Shown here piece by piece: positions 10,165 to 19,878 of a DNA stretch of 64,000 nucleotides. Where the stretch lies: the NCBI GenBank assembly GCA_018823285.1, contig JAHJIQ010000007.1, positions 4,536-68,535 on the forward strand. The letters are read 5' to 3'. The position numbers and the translations under genes were made by a program. This DNA comes from Pseudomonadota bacterium. Lineage in GTDB: Bacteria; Desulfobacterota; Desulfobulbia; Desulfobulbales; JAGXFP01. Position 1 is the stretch's first letter; every line of letters starts with the position of its first letter. Below the pieces are notes generated by a model. That model ran no database searches. It saw nothing but the letters and a program-made list of their open reading frames with translations, and was not told the DNA's origin.

Positions 10165-11823
10165 ATGGCAGATACTAAAGTTGCACAAATGAGTGAGAGC
10201 GTTGCGAAAGACCCGTCGCTGATGACGGGCGCCGTCCCGAAGAAGGACTGGATGGATACGCCGGCAGTGTTCAAGCCGGGGAACTACTGTTACCCGGGCA
10301 AGGAAAGCATGGCAGCGTATCATGGCAAAAATCTTCCCGGGAAATTCGGTCCGGCTCGCGTCTGGGATGTTGAGAGTGATGACTGGAAGCTGGTGGATAA
10401 CTGGCAGCAGATCCTCCTCGAGGGGATGAAGGAGCGGCTGGAAAAGTTCCGTTCTTTCAAAATCTTCATGGACTGCTGTGTGCGTTGTGGTGCCTGTGCC
10501 GACAAATGTCACTTTTTTCTTGGCACCGGAGACCCCAAAAACATGCCGGTACTGCGGGCCGAACTATTGCGGTCGGTCTACCGGAATGATTTTACCACCG
10601 CCGGAAAAATCCTTGGCAGCCTCGCCGGCGGCAGGGAGATGACCTTTGAGGTTCTTAAAGAGTGGTTCATGTATTTCTACCAGTGTACTGAATGCCGGCG
10701 TTGTTCAGTATTCTGCCCCTATGGGATTGATACAGCCGAAATTACCATGATGGGACGTGAGCTTCTCCATCTGGTCGGAGTCAATACCAACTGGATCCTT
10801 GAGCCTGCGGCAAATTCCAACCGGACAGGGAACCATCTCGGTCTCCAGCCGCACACCTTTAAAGAGAATGCTGAATTCCTTCTTGATGATATCGAGGAAG
10901 TGACCGGCATAAGACTGAACAGCCTTACATTCAACCGGAAGGGAGCTGAAATCCTTTTTGTAATTCCTTCGGCCGATGTATTTGCAGATCCCGGCATCTT
11001 CACCTTCATGGGCTATCTGCTTCTTTTCGATCATATCGGTCTGGATTATACGATCAGTACCTATTCTTCCGAGGGTGGCAACTTCGGGCTCTTCACCAAC
11101 AACGAGCTGATGAAGAAACTGAACGGCAAGATGTATGCCGAGGCCAAAAGACTTGGGGTTAAATGGATCCTGGGCGGTGAATGTGGTCATATGTGGAGAG
11201 TTATCCATCAGTATATGGATACCATGAACGGCCCTGCCGATTTTCTTGAGGTCCCGAAATCACCGATCACCGGCACCGTGTTTGAAAACGCCGCTTCCAC
11301 CAAGATGGTTCATATCAGTGAATTTACTGCCGATCTTATCAAGCACGACAAGTTGAAGCTCGATAAGTCCCGGAACGATCACCGGATAGTCACTTTCCAT
11401 GATTCCTGTAATCCTGCCCGGGCCATGGGTTTGCTCGATGAACCACGTTACATACTTGAGAATGTTTGCAATAATTTCCACGATATGCCTGAAAACACAA
11501 TCCGGGAACAGACTTTCTGCTGCGGTAGCGGCACCGGTCTGAACACCGGTGAGATCATGGATCTGAGGATGCGGGCTGGTCTGCCGCGCGCCAACGCGGT
11601 AAAGTACGTTGAAGAAAAGTACGGTGTCAATATGCTTGCTTGTGTTTGTGCAATTGACCGTGCCACTCTTCTGGCCCTGATGCAATATTGGAATCCGAAC
11701 GTTGAGGTGTGCGGTGTTTCCGAATTGGTCGGAAATGCTCTCATCATGGACGGGGAAAAAGAGAGAGATTCCGGACTCCGGTTCGAGCCTCTCGCAGCAA
11801 ATGAGGGTGAAACAGATGTATGA
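10165..11823 (+). CDS. dsrK: DsrK, HdrD-like catalytic iron-sulfur subunit with a CCG domain
   Basis: Two ferredoxin-type Cys clusters (CVRCGACADKC, CTECRRCSVFCP) and a CCG motif (FCCGSGTG). Confidence 0.9.
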   Translation: MADTKVAQMSESVAKDPSLMTGAVPKKDWMDTPAVFKPGNYCYPGKESMAAYHGKNLPGKFGPARVWDVESDDWKLVDNWQQILLEGMKERLEKFRSFKIFMDCCVRCGACADKCHFFLGTGDPKNMPVLRAELLRSVYRNDFTTAGKILGSLAGGREMTFEVLKEWFMYFYQCTECRRCSVFCPYGIDTAEITMMGRELLHLVGVNTNWILEPAANSNRTGNHLGLQPHTFKENAEFLLDDIEEVTGIRLNSLTFNRKGAEILFVIPSADVFADPGIFTFMGYLLLFDHIGLDYTISTYSSEGGNFGLFTNNELMKKLNGKMYAEAKRLGVKWILGGECGHMWRVIHQYMDTMNGPADFLEVPKSPITGTVFENAASTKMVHISEFTADLIKHDKLKLDKSRNDHRIVTFHDSCNPARAMGLLDEPRYILENVCNNFHDMPENTIREQTFCCGSGTGLNTGEIMDLRMRAGLPRANAVKYVEEKYGVNMLACVCAIDRATLLALMQYWNPNVEVCGVSELVGNALIMDGEKERDSGLRFEPLAANEGETDV

Positions 11824-12196
11824 TAAAGGAAAGATCATAACCGGTCTGATCGTCTTTGTGGGCCTGATCACATTCCCGATCTGGTACGGTTTCGGCAGTG
11901 CCGGCCATCTGCCGAACCCGGAGAAGCCGAAGAACGCCAAGGAATGTGTAGAAGCAGTGGATTATATGCGTACGTCTCATATGCAGCTCTTGAATGAGTG
12001 GCGGGATGATATTGTCAGAAGTGGCGGGACCCGTGCTGGGATTACCCATGACGGGACTGAATATATTCGGAGTCTGCAGAAGGGTTGCATGAAGTGTCAC
12101 ACCAACAAAGCAAAATTCTGTGACGAGTGCCATACCTATACAGCTGTAAAACCTTACTGCTGGGACTGCCACATCCAGCCTAAGGAGGCGAACTGA
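11816..12196 (+). CDS. dsrJ: DsrJ, periplasmic triheme cytochrome c
   Basis: Three CxxCH motifs (CMKCH, CDECH, CWDCH) and an N-terminal TM/signal anchor. ATG 11816 overlaps the dsrK stop (ATGTATGA). The tracked ORF start 11702 lies inside dsrK. Confidence 0.85.
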   Translation: MYDKGKIITGLIVFVGLITFPIWYGFGSAGHLPNPEKPKNAKECVEAVDYMRTSHMQLLNEWRDDIVRSGGTRAGITHDGTEYIRSLQKGCMKCHTNKAKFCDECHTYTAVKPYCWDCHIQPKEAN

Positions 12197-13023
12197 TGGA
12201 TAACAGCAGAAGAAAATTTCTTAAACTGGCCGGAGTTTCAGCAATAGCCGGCATTGCAGCACCTGCAGCATTCAATTCCTTGTTGAAAGGCGAGGCATTT
12301 GCTTCAGGCGGCGGTAGCGGCCACGGGGAAGATAAAGCGCCAACCGGTAAGCGATATGGATTTGTAGTGGATGTTCAGAAATTCGCCGCCGATAAAGATC
12401 TTGCCCAGCGCTGTATCAATGCGTGCCATACCACCCATAATGTCCCGGACTTCGGGAAGGACAACAAGAAGGATGAGATCAAATGGATCTGGACGGAGAC
12501 CTTTGGTCATGCATTTCCCGATCACAGTCAATATAAAAAGAATACGCAGCTTGTCGATCTGCCGATTATGACTTTCTGTAACCATTGCGACAATCCTCCT
12601 TGTGTAAGGGCTTGTCCGACCAAGGCGACTTTCAAGAATGCTGACGGAATGGTGTTGATGGATTTTCATCGTTGCATCGGGTGCCGGTTCTGTATGGCGG
12701 CCTGTCCCTATGGGGCGAGGAGCTTCAACTGGCGGAATCCCGCAGTTAAGAATGAAGACGGATCATACAAGTATATTCGTCGCCCGAATCTTGATTTTCC
12801 CACCAGAATGCGGGGTGTGGTCGAGAAATGCAATATGTGCGCCGAGAGACTGGCCGAAGGCAAACAGCCTGCCTGTGTCGATGCCTGCCGGCCAACTGAC
12901 GGCATTATTTTTGGCGACTTGAATGACCCGAATTCTGAGGTGTCAAAGGTTTTGAGGGAGAAATTTACCATTCAGCGGAAACCGGCGCTTGGGACCAAGC
13001 CGTCGATTTTCTATATAATATGA
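12196..13023 (+). CDS. dsrO: DsrO, Tat-exported 4Fe-4S ferredoxin-like subunit
   Basis: Twin-arginine signal RRKFLKLAG and multiple CxxCxxC clusters. The start overlaps the dsrJ stop (TGATG). Confidence 0.9.
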   Translation: MDNSRRKFLKLAGVSAIAGIAAPAAFNSLLKGEAFASGGGSGHGEDKAPTGKRYGFVVDVQKFAADKDLAQRCINACHTTHNVPDFGKDNKKDEIKWIWTETFGHAFPDHSQYKKNTQLVDLPIMTFCNHCDNPPCVRACPTKATFKNADGMVLMDFHRCIGCRFCMAACPYGARSFNWRNPAVKNEDGSYKYIRRPNLDFPTRMRGVVEKCNMCAERLAEGKQPACVDACRPTDGIIFGDLNDPNSEVSKVLREKFTIQRKPALGTKPSIFYII

Positions 13024-13034
13024 GGTGAAAAGTC

Positions 13035-14204
13035 ATGATTGAAAAAGCACTATCTGGAAACAGATTATACTGGACATGGCTGGCTATTCTCCTCGCCATA
13101 ATGGGTGTGGGGGGCTTGTGCTACGTTCAGCAGTTCAACTACGGTCTCGGGATAACCGGTATGAGCCGGGATGTCTCATGGGGACTGTATATTTCCCAGT
13201 TCACCTTCCTGGTTGGAGTTGCCGCCGGAGGAGTTATGCTGGTGCTGCCTTACTACCTGCATAATTACAAGGTGTTCGGGAGGATTACGATCCTGGGTGA
13301 ATTCATGGCCGTGGCAGCGGTTTCCATGTGCCTGATGTTTATTCTTGCCGATCTCGGTCAGCCGATGCGGGCATTGAACGTTCTTCTGCATCCGACTCCA
13401 AACTCTATTCTTTTTTGGGACATGATCGTTCTGAACGTCTATTTGTTCCTGAATATTGTTGGTGGCTGGGTGATTCTGAATGCTGAGAAAAAAGAGGTTC
13501 CCCCGCCGAAATGGGTCAAGGCGCTCATCTATATTTCAATTCCCTGGGCGATCAGTATCCATACGGTTACGGCGTTTCTCTACTGCGGTCTTCCAGGACG
13601 TCATTACTGGTTGACTGCCATTCTGGCTCCACGCTTCCTGGCCTCAGCTTTTGCGGCCGGTCCTGCCCTGCTGGTTATCTGTGCGTTGATACTTCGACGC
13701 TATACTGCATTTGATGCTGGTAAAGAGGCAATCAACAAGTTGGTGACGATCATCACTTATGCCGCGATCCTGAACTTCTTCTTTGTCGGACTTGAACTCT
13801 TTGTCGGATATTACAGTAATATTCCGGGACATATGCATACTTTGGATTATCTCTTTTTTGGCCATGAAGATGGTGGAGTTCTTTATGATAATCTGGTTGG
13901 GCCGATGCGGTTCTCAATGTTCATCGGCATGGCAGCAACCATTGCCCTGTTGTTCCCGAAAATGCGTGACAGTTACTGCAAAATCGGCTGGCTCTGCGGC
14001 GCTATCTTCCTTTCTCTATGGATTGATAAAGGGCTTGGCCTGGTTCTTGGCGGGTTTGTGCCTTCCCCGCTTGACTATTATGTCGAGTACTACCCAACGG
14101 CTATTGAGCTAGGCATCACCGCCGCAGTGTGGGCAACAGGCGCCTTTATCCTGACCGTACTTTACAAGGTGGCCATTTCGGTTAAGCTGACCAAAGAAGC
14201 ATAA
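13035..14204 (+). CDS. dsrP: DsrP, NrfD/PsrC-like quinone-interacting membrane subunit
   Basis: 389-aa polytopic membrane protein at the last position of the dsrMKJOP order. Confidence 0.85.
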   Translation: MIEKALSGNRLYWTWLAILLAIMGVGGLCYVQQFNYGLGITGMSRDVSWGLYISQFTFLVGVAAGGVMLVLPYYLHNYKVFGRITILGEFMAVAAVSMCLMFILADLGQPMRALNVLLHPTPNSILFWDMIVLNVYLFLNIVGGWVILNAEKKEVPPPKWVKALIYISIPWAISIHTVTAFLYCGLPGRHYWLTAILAPRFLASAFAAGPALLVICALILRRYTAFDAGKEAINKLVTIITYAAILNFFFVGLELFVGYYSNIPGHMHTLDYLFFGHEDGGVLYDNLVGPMRFSMFIGMAATIALLFPKMRDSYCKIGWLCGAIFLSLWIDKGLGLVLGGFVPSPLDYYVEYYPTAIELGITAAVWATGAFILTVLYKVAISVKLTKEA

Positions 14205-14240
14205 AGTAGATTTTGACCTGAAGGTCATTTTGTCGATTAA

Positions 14241-14272
14241 AGCAAGCCTCCCATCGGGAGGCTTGCTTTTTT
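14241..14272 (+). terminator. Rho-independent terminator after dsrP
   Basis: agcaagcctccc-atcg-ggaggcttgct stem-loop followed by a T-run. Confidence 0.8.
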
Positions 14273-14329
14273 AGTTTCCAGGAATTAAGAATAGGTTCTT
14301 TTCCTTCAAGATGAGCAGATATAGGGCAG

Positions 14330-16672
14330 ATGAAAAAATACAGCAATATTCTTTCCAGGATCGGCAATACTCCATTAGTCCCTATTCAGAGGCTGAATCC
14401 ATACAAGAATGTGTTAATTCTTGCGAAGCTTGAGTCATTTAATCCGGGAGGTTCGGTTAAGGAGCGTATTGCTCTCAACATGATCGAGACCGCTGAGAAG
14501 AGCGGCGAACTGACGCCGGACAAGATTGTCCTTGAAGCAACCAGCGGCAATACAGGCATCGGTCTGGCGATGGTCTGTGCTGTCAAGGGCTATAAATGTC
14601 AGCTGGTCATGCCGGAATCAGCAAGTATTGAACGGCGCAAGATCATGACCGCCTATGGAGCGGAAATTCTTCTCACTCCAGCCAAAAGAGCAACGGATGG
14701 AGCGATTGAACAGGCTTACGCCATGGCCCGGGAACACCCTGACCGTTATTTTTTGACTGACCAGTTCAATAACGATGCCAACTGGCAGACCCATTACCAG
14801 CATACCGGCCCGGAAATCTGGGAGCAGACCGATGGCAAGGTTACGGATGTTGTTGCAACTCTTGGAACCACAGGCACCGTGATGGGGATCTGCCGTTATA
14901 TGGCGGAACATCACCCTGAGGTGAAAGTGACCGCCATGGAACCGTTTCTGGGTCATAAGCTTCAGGGTCTGAAGAATATGAAGGAGTCATATAAGCCCGG
15001 GATATTCAAGCGAAATGAACCCTTTCAGGTGATCAATATCCCTGATGAAGAGGCTTTTAGTAAGGCCAGACAGTTGGCGGCCAGGGAGGGTTTGTTTGTC
15101 GGGATGAGTTCCGGAGCGGCCATGTGTGCCGCTCTGACCAGAGCTGCCCAGATTGAGAAGGGCCTCATAGTTGTTATTTTCCCGGATGGCGGCGAGAAAT
15201 ATCTTTCCACCCCGCTGTTTAGTGCAGAACAGGTCAAGGAGGAGGTGGAGGTTGTATCCCGGCTCAAGTTTTACAATACCCTGTCGAAGCGCAAAGAGCT
15301 CTTCAGACCTGTAAATCCCAAAACGGTAACTTTCTACACCTGTGGGCCGACCGCGCATGAGCCGGCCAATCTGGGCCATTGTCGACGCTTTATTCATTCC
15401 GATCTTGTGAGTCGCACATTGAAGTACCGTGGCTATGAGGTGAAGTTCTTCATGAATTTCACAGACCTCGACGACAACACCATCAGAGGTGCCGAGGAGA
15501 ACGGTCAGTCTGTTGCCGATTTCACTGCTGGATATATCAGCCAATTCAAGCAGGATATTGCAGCTTTAGGGGTACTCCCTGCTACCGAATATCCCAAGGC
15601 TTCGGAACATGTCAACCGGATGATCGATATGTCCCGTGACCTCGTGAAAAAAGGTTTTGCTTACGAAAAACATGGCTCCATCTATTTTGATATTTCCAAA
15701 TTTTCCGGGTACGGGAGGCTTTCCGGTATCGATCTCAGCAAGATCCAGCATGGGAAAACCGTTGATCTGGATGATTATGAGAAGGACAGCCCGGTTGATT
15801 TTACCCTGCTTAAAAGATCAGCCCTTACTGAGCTGAAGAGCGGAATATATTTTGAAACCGAATGGGGAAAGATGAGACCTGGCTGGCATATTGAGTGTGC
15901 GGCGATGTCTTGTCATTTCCTTGGTGATACTATTGATATTCATTCCAGCAGTCGGGATCTGATGTTTCCGCATCATGAGAACGAGATCGCCATTGCCGAG
16001 GCACTCAGCGGCAAACCGCTGGCCAATTTCTGGCTGCACAGTGAGCTTGTGCTGGTAGAAGGAAAGAAGTTGAGCCGGGGGGCAGGGAATCTCATTACCC
16101 TGAAAGATCTTGTTGCTAAAGGATATTCAGCCCGCCAGGTCCGGTATTATCTGTTACGAACGCATTATCGTAAACCCATCAATTTTTCTTACCGGAAATT
16201 TGATGCAGCCTTGGCAAGTTTGAAGAGGCTCGACGAATTCTGCATCAAGATTCTGTGCCTTCCACCTGACTTGCCCCATCCTGAAGTGGCCGCTTATCTG
16301 ACAGAGCTTGAGGAAAGGTTTTTTGCAGGACTCGATGATGATCTGAACGTCTCAAAGGCTTTTGGAGCCTTGTTTGACTTCGCCAAGAGGGTCAACCCTA
16401 TTCTGGAAGCAGGGCGGCTTGATCGGGACCAGAAGGCGTATATCCTTGATGCGTTAAGGCGGATCAATTCGGTGCTCAATATTCTGAAACTTGAGGAATG
16501 TCCTTTGGCCCCGGAAATTGACAAGCTCATAAAAGAAAGGGAAGATGCCCGCCGGAACGGTGACTGGGTCAAAGCTGACGGGGTTCGCGATCAGCTTGCC
16601 AGTCAGGGTATTGAGGTGATTGATACTGCGAAAGGGACGACGGTCTGGAAAGAGAAGAAAGGTGGCAAATAG
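14330..16672 (+). CDS. Fusion protein: N-terminal PLP-dependent cysteine synthase (CysK/CysM-like) plus C-terminal full-length cysteinyl-tRNA synthetase-like module
   Basis: Residues 1-~300: NTPLVPI...SFNPGGSVKERIA...SGNTGIGLA (cysteine synthase). Residues ~310-780 align to CysRS (YTCGPT..., GWHIECAAMS, FPHHENEIA, C-terminal DGVRDQLASQGIEVIDT). One uninterrupted 780-codon ORF. Confidence 0.85.
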   Translation: MKKYSNILSRIGNTPLVPIQRLNPYKNVLILAKLESFNPGGSVKERIALNMIETAEKSGELTPDKIVLEATSGNTGIGLAMVCAVKGYKCQLVMPESASIERRKIMTAYGAEILLTPAKRATDGAIEQAYAMAREHPDRYFLTDQFNNDANWQTHYQHTGPEIWEQTDGKVTDVVATLGTTGTVMGICRYMAEHHPEVKVTAMEPFLGHKLQGLKNMKESYKPGIFKRNEPFQVINIPDEEAFSKARQLAAREGLFVGMSSGAAMCAALTRAAQIEKGLIVVIFPDGGEKYLSTPLFSAEQVKEEVEVVSRLKFYNTLSKRKELFRPVNPKTVTFYTCGPTAHEPANLGHCRRFIHSDLVSRTLKYRGYEVKFFMNFTDLDDNTIRGAEENGQSVADFTAGYISQFKQDIAALGVLPATEYPKASEHVNRMIDMSRDLVKKGFAYEKHGSIYFDISKFSGYGRLSGIDLSKIQHGKTVDLDDYEKDSPVDFTLLKRSALTELKSGIYFETEWGKMRPGWHIECAAMSCHFLGDTIDIHSSSRDLMFPHHENEIAIAEALSGKPLANFWLHSELVLVEGKKLSRGAGNLITLKDLVAKGYSARQVRYYLLRTHYRKPINFSYRKFDAALASLKRLDEFCIKILCLPPDLPHPEVAAYLTELEERFFAGLDDDLNVSKAFGALFDFAKRVNPILEAGRLDRDQKAYILDALRRINSVLNILKLEECPLAPEIDKLIKEREDARRNGDWVKADGVRDQLASQGIEVIDTAKGTTVWKEKKGGK

Positions 16673-16872
16673 GACAGGCGGCAGACATTTTTTGGATTGG
16701 GATGGCAACTGATTTGTTTACGGTGTTAGTTAGCAGGCTGCTTTTCGTCTTAACCGTTTTCAGGACTCTGAGTTGAATGAAGCATAATGGCGTAAGTTCA
16801 AACAATAAGAGTTGCAAAGTCGGGAGTGAAGTGCTAAAAAAAGCAACTTCTGAATGAAGGTTTATCCAGGAC

Positions 16873-16949
16873 GCGCCCGTAGCTCAGCCGGATAGAGCAC
16901 CGGCCTTCTAAGCCGTAGGTCACAGGTTCGAATCCTGTCGGGCGTACCA
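16873..16949 (+). tRNA. tRNA-Arg (anticodon TCT), CCA encoded
   Basis: Cloverleaf readable by eye: acceptor GCGCCCG/CGGGCGT, D-arm TAGCTCAGCCGGATAGAGCA, anticodon loop CTTCTAA, T-arm GGTTCGAATCC, 3' ACCA. Confidence 0.9.
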
Positions 16950-17271
16950 ATTGAATTTTCTCTTCCCATCTAATATGGAAGGACCGAGAAGAATACACAC
17001 TGTCCTTCGGCCTCCTTGTCTACTGACAACCCTGTCGTGCTTACCAAATATGATTTTACCCGGTGACTGAATTTATCCAGGACAAAGGTAGGGTCTTTCT
17101 TTGTCCCTCAGCACGCCGTGTTTGTTGGCGAGGGCTTATTACTCTTTATAGAAGAGCGCTCTGCCCGTGCAATGCTATTGAGGAATGTTGCGAATTCCAT
17201 AAAAGGGAGTGCTAAAGCTGTTCACATGACATCCAGTAGAAAAAGATACGGATGTAAGTGGAATAGTAACG

Positions 17272-17298
17272 AAAAACGCCCCGGGGATTCCGGGGCGT
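17272..17298 (-). terminator. Rho-independent terminator after the cytochrome-bd-like operon
   Basis: On the minus strand: acgccccgg...ccggggcgt stem followed by UUUUU (plus-strand aaaaacgccccggggattccggggcgt). Confidence 0.7.
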
Positions 17299-17304
17299 CT
17301 TGTT

Positions 17305-18588
17305 TCATCTCTCCAGATCACTGAAGATAAAATGGGTGAGGGCTTCTGCTTCCTTCGCGGTAGCGATAAAGGGGGGCATGTATGCTCTTTTATTTCCCAT
17401 ACTCTCATAAATAAAGGTCATGCCTTTGGGTTTCATGCCTTGGGTCAATGAGGTGATGTTGTTGAACGGACCACCGACGGAATGGCAAGAGAGACAGAGA
17501 AGATCAAAGACCTGTCTGCCTGTTTTGCTCATGTTTTCGTCTTTAATCTCCCGGGTATCGACCCATTTTGCTGTATGCAGAATTCCAGCATCTTTTACTG
17601 CATCGATCTCAGTTTTCAGAATCGTGTTTGAGTACATGAAGTTATGAATAATATACGGTCTGCGCCCGCTTTCGCGGATGAATTCAAATGAGCCAAGATA
17701 AAAGAGGCCGAGTACCAGCATGACTGCTGCCAGACCCCGGTTGATGTTGGCAGGCATCTTAATTGCCATACCGAGGCCGCCAAGAATAATCAGAGGTGAA
17801 CAGACAATGAAAATCTTGATTACAGGTTGGATGTCGGGCATGTTTTTAAAAATCAATTCGTGCATGTCCGGGGGCAGGGCGCTTTTGTACCACCATGCGG
17901 AAGTGAGAAAGAGAACAAAGGGGGCCAGAAGCCACTTGGCGCAATAACGGACAAGGGTTGTTCTCAGAGCATCATCTTTTGACCATGAAGCGGTAAGGAA
18001 GCCGAACAGGCCTGCCAACATGATGGCGAGAAAGAATCTGAAAAAGAGGGACGGCCAAAACGTGGGATGAAAAAAACCGTGCCAGAAATTACCAGTGATT
18101 AGCCATTCGCCCGGGGTAAGCATGAAACCTACAATGCCGTTGATCACAAACAGCGATAAGAACGCTGCGGCAAAATATATCCAGCCGATGGTCAGATGGG
18201 TCCTGTTGCTGATTCGGTTGAATGTTTTGTAATAGATAAACAAGGAAATGATCTCGACCAGGAAAAAGACCCACTCGGTGGCCCACGCAAAAACAAAGAG
18301 ATGGATCAGTTTAGAAGTTGCGGCCGGATTTAGAACCGAGATTGTGAACCAGATACCTACTCCGGTCAAAGCCCCGAGCACCATGGTGAGTAGAACAAAA
18401 AGTCGGGTGTGTTTATAAACATACCCTAGGATACTTGGACTGTTTTCACGCAAGCCCTTATGTTCCGTAAGCACCAGAAAAAGTCCGCCGCCGATCGCGA
18501 AATGGGAAATATAGACATGAAGAGTCGCAATCAGGGCAATAAGAAGACCGCCACCGGCAAAGTCTAGTTGCCATACTGGATAGTTCAT
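17305..18588 (-). CDS. Cytochrome bd (CydA)-superfamily-like membrane protein with a fused C-terminal monoheme cytochrome c domain
   Basis: N-terminal TM helices align by eye to CydA (LHVYISHFAIGGGLFLVLTE vs CydA MYHFLFVPLTLG...; ATEWVFFLVE vs AIEGLMAFFLES). The C-terminal ~90 aa carry CLSCH plus a distal Met (YMPPF). Confidence 0.55.
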   Translation of the reverse strand: MNYPVWQLDFAGGGLLIALIATLHVYISHFAIGGGLFLVLTEHKGLRENSPSILGYVYKHTRLFVLLTMVLGALTGVGIWFTISVLNPAATSKLIHLFVFAWATEWVFFLVEIISLFIYYKTFNRISNRTHLTIGWIYFAAAFLSLFVINGIVGFMLTPGEWLITGNFWHGFFHPTFWPSLFFRFFLAIMLAGLFGFLTASWSKDDALRTTLVRYCAKWLLAPFVLFLTSAWWYKSALPPDMHELIFKNMPDIQPVIKIFIVCSPLIILGGLGMAIKMPANINRGLAAVMLVLGLFYLGSFEFIRESGRRPYIIHNFMYSNTILKTEIDAVKDAGILHTAKWVDTREIKDENMSKTGRQVFDLLCLSCHSVGGPFNNITSLTQGMKPKGMTFIYESMGNKRAYMPPFIATAKEAEALTHFIFSDLER

Positions 18589-19655
18589 GACTTACCCTCC
18601 ATTTCACTGCAGACTTTTTTCATCATCCACCATATCAGCCAAATTGCAAAGAGTAGGGCGGTAGAAAAGATGATGAACGGACCGTACACCGGATTGACTG
18701 GTAGCTCGGAGATGTTAATGTAATCCTGCAGATAGCTGTTGCGAGCGATTTCACGGGCAACAGTCATCATCATGATGGTTGCGAGTGTCCACAGTGTAGC
18801 TTTATAAATTCGATAAGATTGAGCATAAATCACTGACAGGGCACAGAATGCAACGGAAGCGATTATCATTATGAAAAAAGCTTTGCCGGCCGGATCAGGC
18901 GTAATAATAATATTGTTTTGCAGGGCGCTCAGGAACCAGAAGCCCACGCCAAAATTGATGATGGTGCTGTAGGTGAACCAGTTGCAGCCGTATGTAATTC
19001 GCTTTTTGCGAGTTTCTTGGGTCAACCCCTGATCACGGTCTGAAAAAACTGCCAGGGATAAACCTCCAACGGCGATCGCAGACAAGATAAAATGAAGATA
19101 TCTGGGAAGCAGGGCTGAGTCGGAAAGATTCAACATCCAACCGCCACGGCAGGAAAAATATCCGAGCCAGCTTGCAGGATCCTGCATGATGCTGATGTTG
19201 TTTGTGAAGAAAAAAGAGATCAGCAGAAACATGGCGATCGGCAGGCCGAGCAACAAGGTCTGGTGACCGCATCTCTCAAACTGGAAATTGTATAAGTATA
19301 CCAGATAGTAACTGATGATAAGAAGGACCACGATAGTCAACCAGAAAGCGGCCATGAGGACTGTGCTGGTATAAAAAAATTGGCCGTATAATGTCTGGAG
19401 GAATAAGAGGGGGGCAACACCGAAATTTATCGTAAATGCCAGCGAGTAGGGGAGGGTCCGGACCAGATCTCTGCTGAGAGAATTTTGTTCTGTGTCAACG
19501 CCGGCCGGTGGCCCGGCAAGTGCAATGAAACCGGAGCCCAGCATAATGTTCATTGCCAGAAAATGAAGAAAAGTGGTTGCTATGAGAAAGATCTGCAGCC
19601 AGACCCAGGAAACCGGAATTGCTTCCGGAGGCGGCATCAGGGAAATAGGATCCAT
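18585..19655 (-). CDS. Polytopic membrane protein, partner of the bd-like cytochrome (related TM1 His motif)
   Basis: 356 aa, about 10 TM helices. FLHFLAMNIMLGSGFIAL resembles TM1 of the downstream gene. 4-nt ATGA overlap with that gene. Confidence 0.5.
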   Translation of the reverse strand: MDPISLMPPPEAIPVSWVWLQIFLIATTFLHFLAMNIMLGSGFIALAGPPAGVDTEQNSLSRDLVRTLPYSLAFTINFGVAPLLFLQTLYGQFFYTSTVLMAAFWLTIVVLLIISYYLVYLYNFQFERCGHQTLLLGLPIAMFLLISFFFTNNISIMQDPASWLGYFSCRGGWMLNLSDSALLPRYLHFILSAIAVGGLSLAVFSDRDQGLTQETRKKRITYGCNWFTYSTIINFGVGFWFLSALQNNIIITPDPAGKAFFIMIIASVAFCALSVIYAQSYRIYKATLWTLATIMMMTVAREIARNSYLQDYINISELPVNPVYGPFIIFSTALLFAIWLIWWMMKKVCSEMEGKS

Positions 19656-19878
19656 TGCTCGCTCCTCAAATTATGATTTGAAATTCATGAAATATACTAC
19701 TGTGATATTAATTCTATTGGAAGGGTAAAGCAAAATCAAATTGCGGTTGTATCTGAGTAGAAACCAAGCCTGTTACTCCCTGTGACTGGCGGGGAGGGTA
19801 GAAAATGTCACGACCCTAGCTGTGTTCATTTTCATTATGAAAAAATTGTGCTGAGCGTGTTGTGAAAGGAGACAACTT

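Noticed and set aside
16950-17304. Integrated mobile element next to tRNA-Arg, and the tracked small ORFs 17118..17324 and 17175..17408
   Set aside because: There is no integrase, transposase or phage-like gene. The region is short, and the ORFs lack RBSs and overlap a terminator hairpin.
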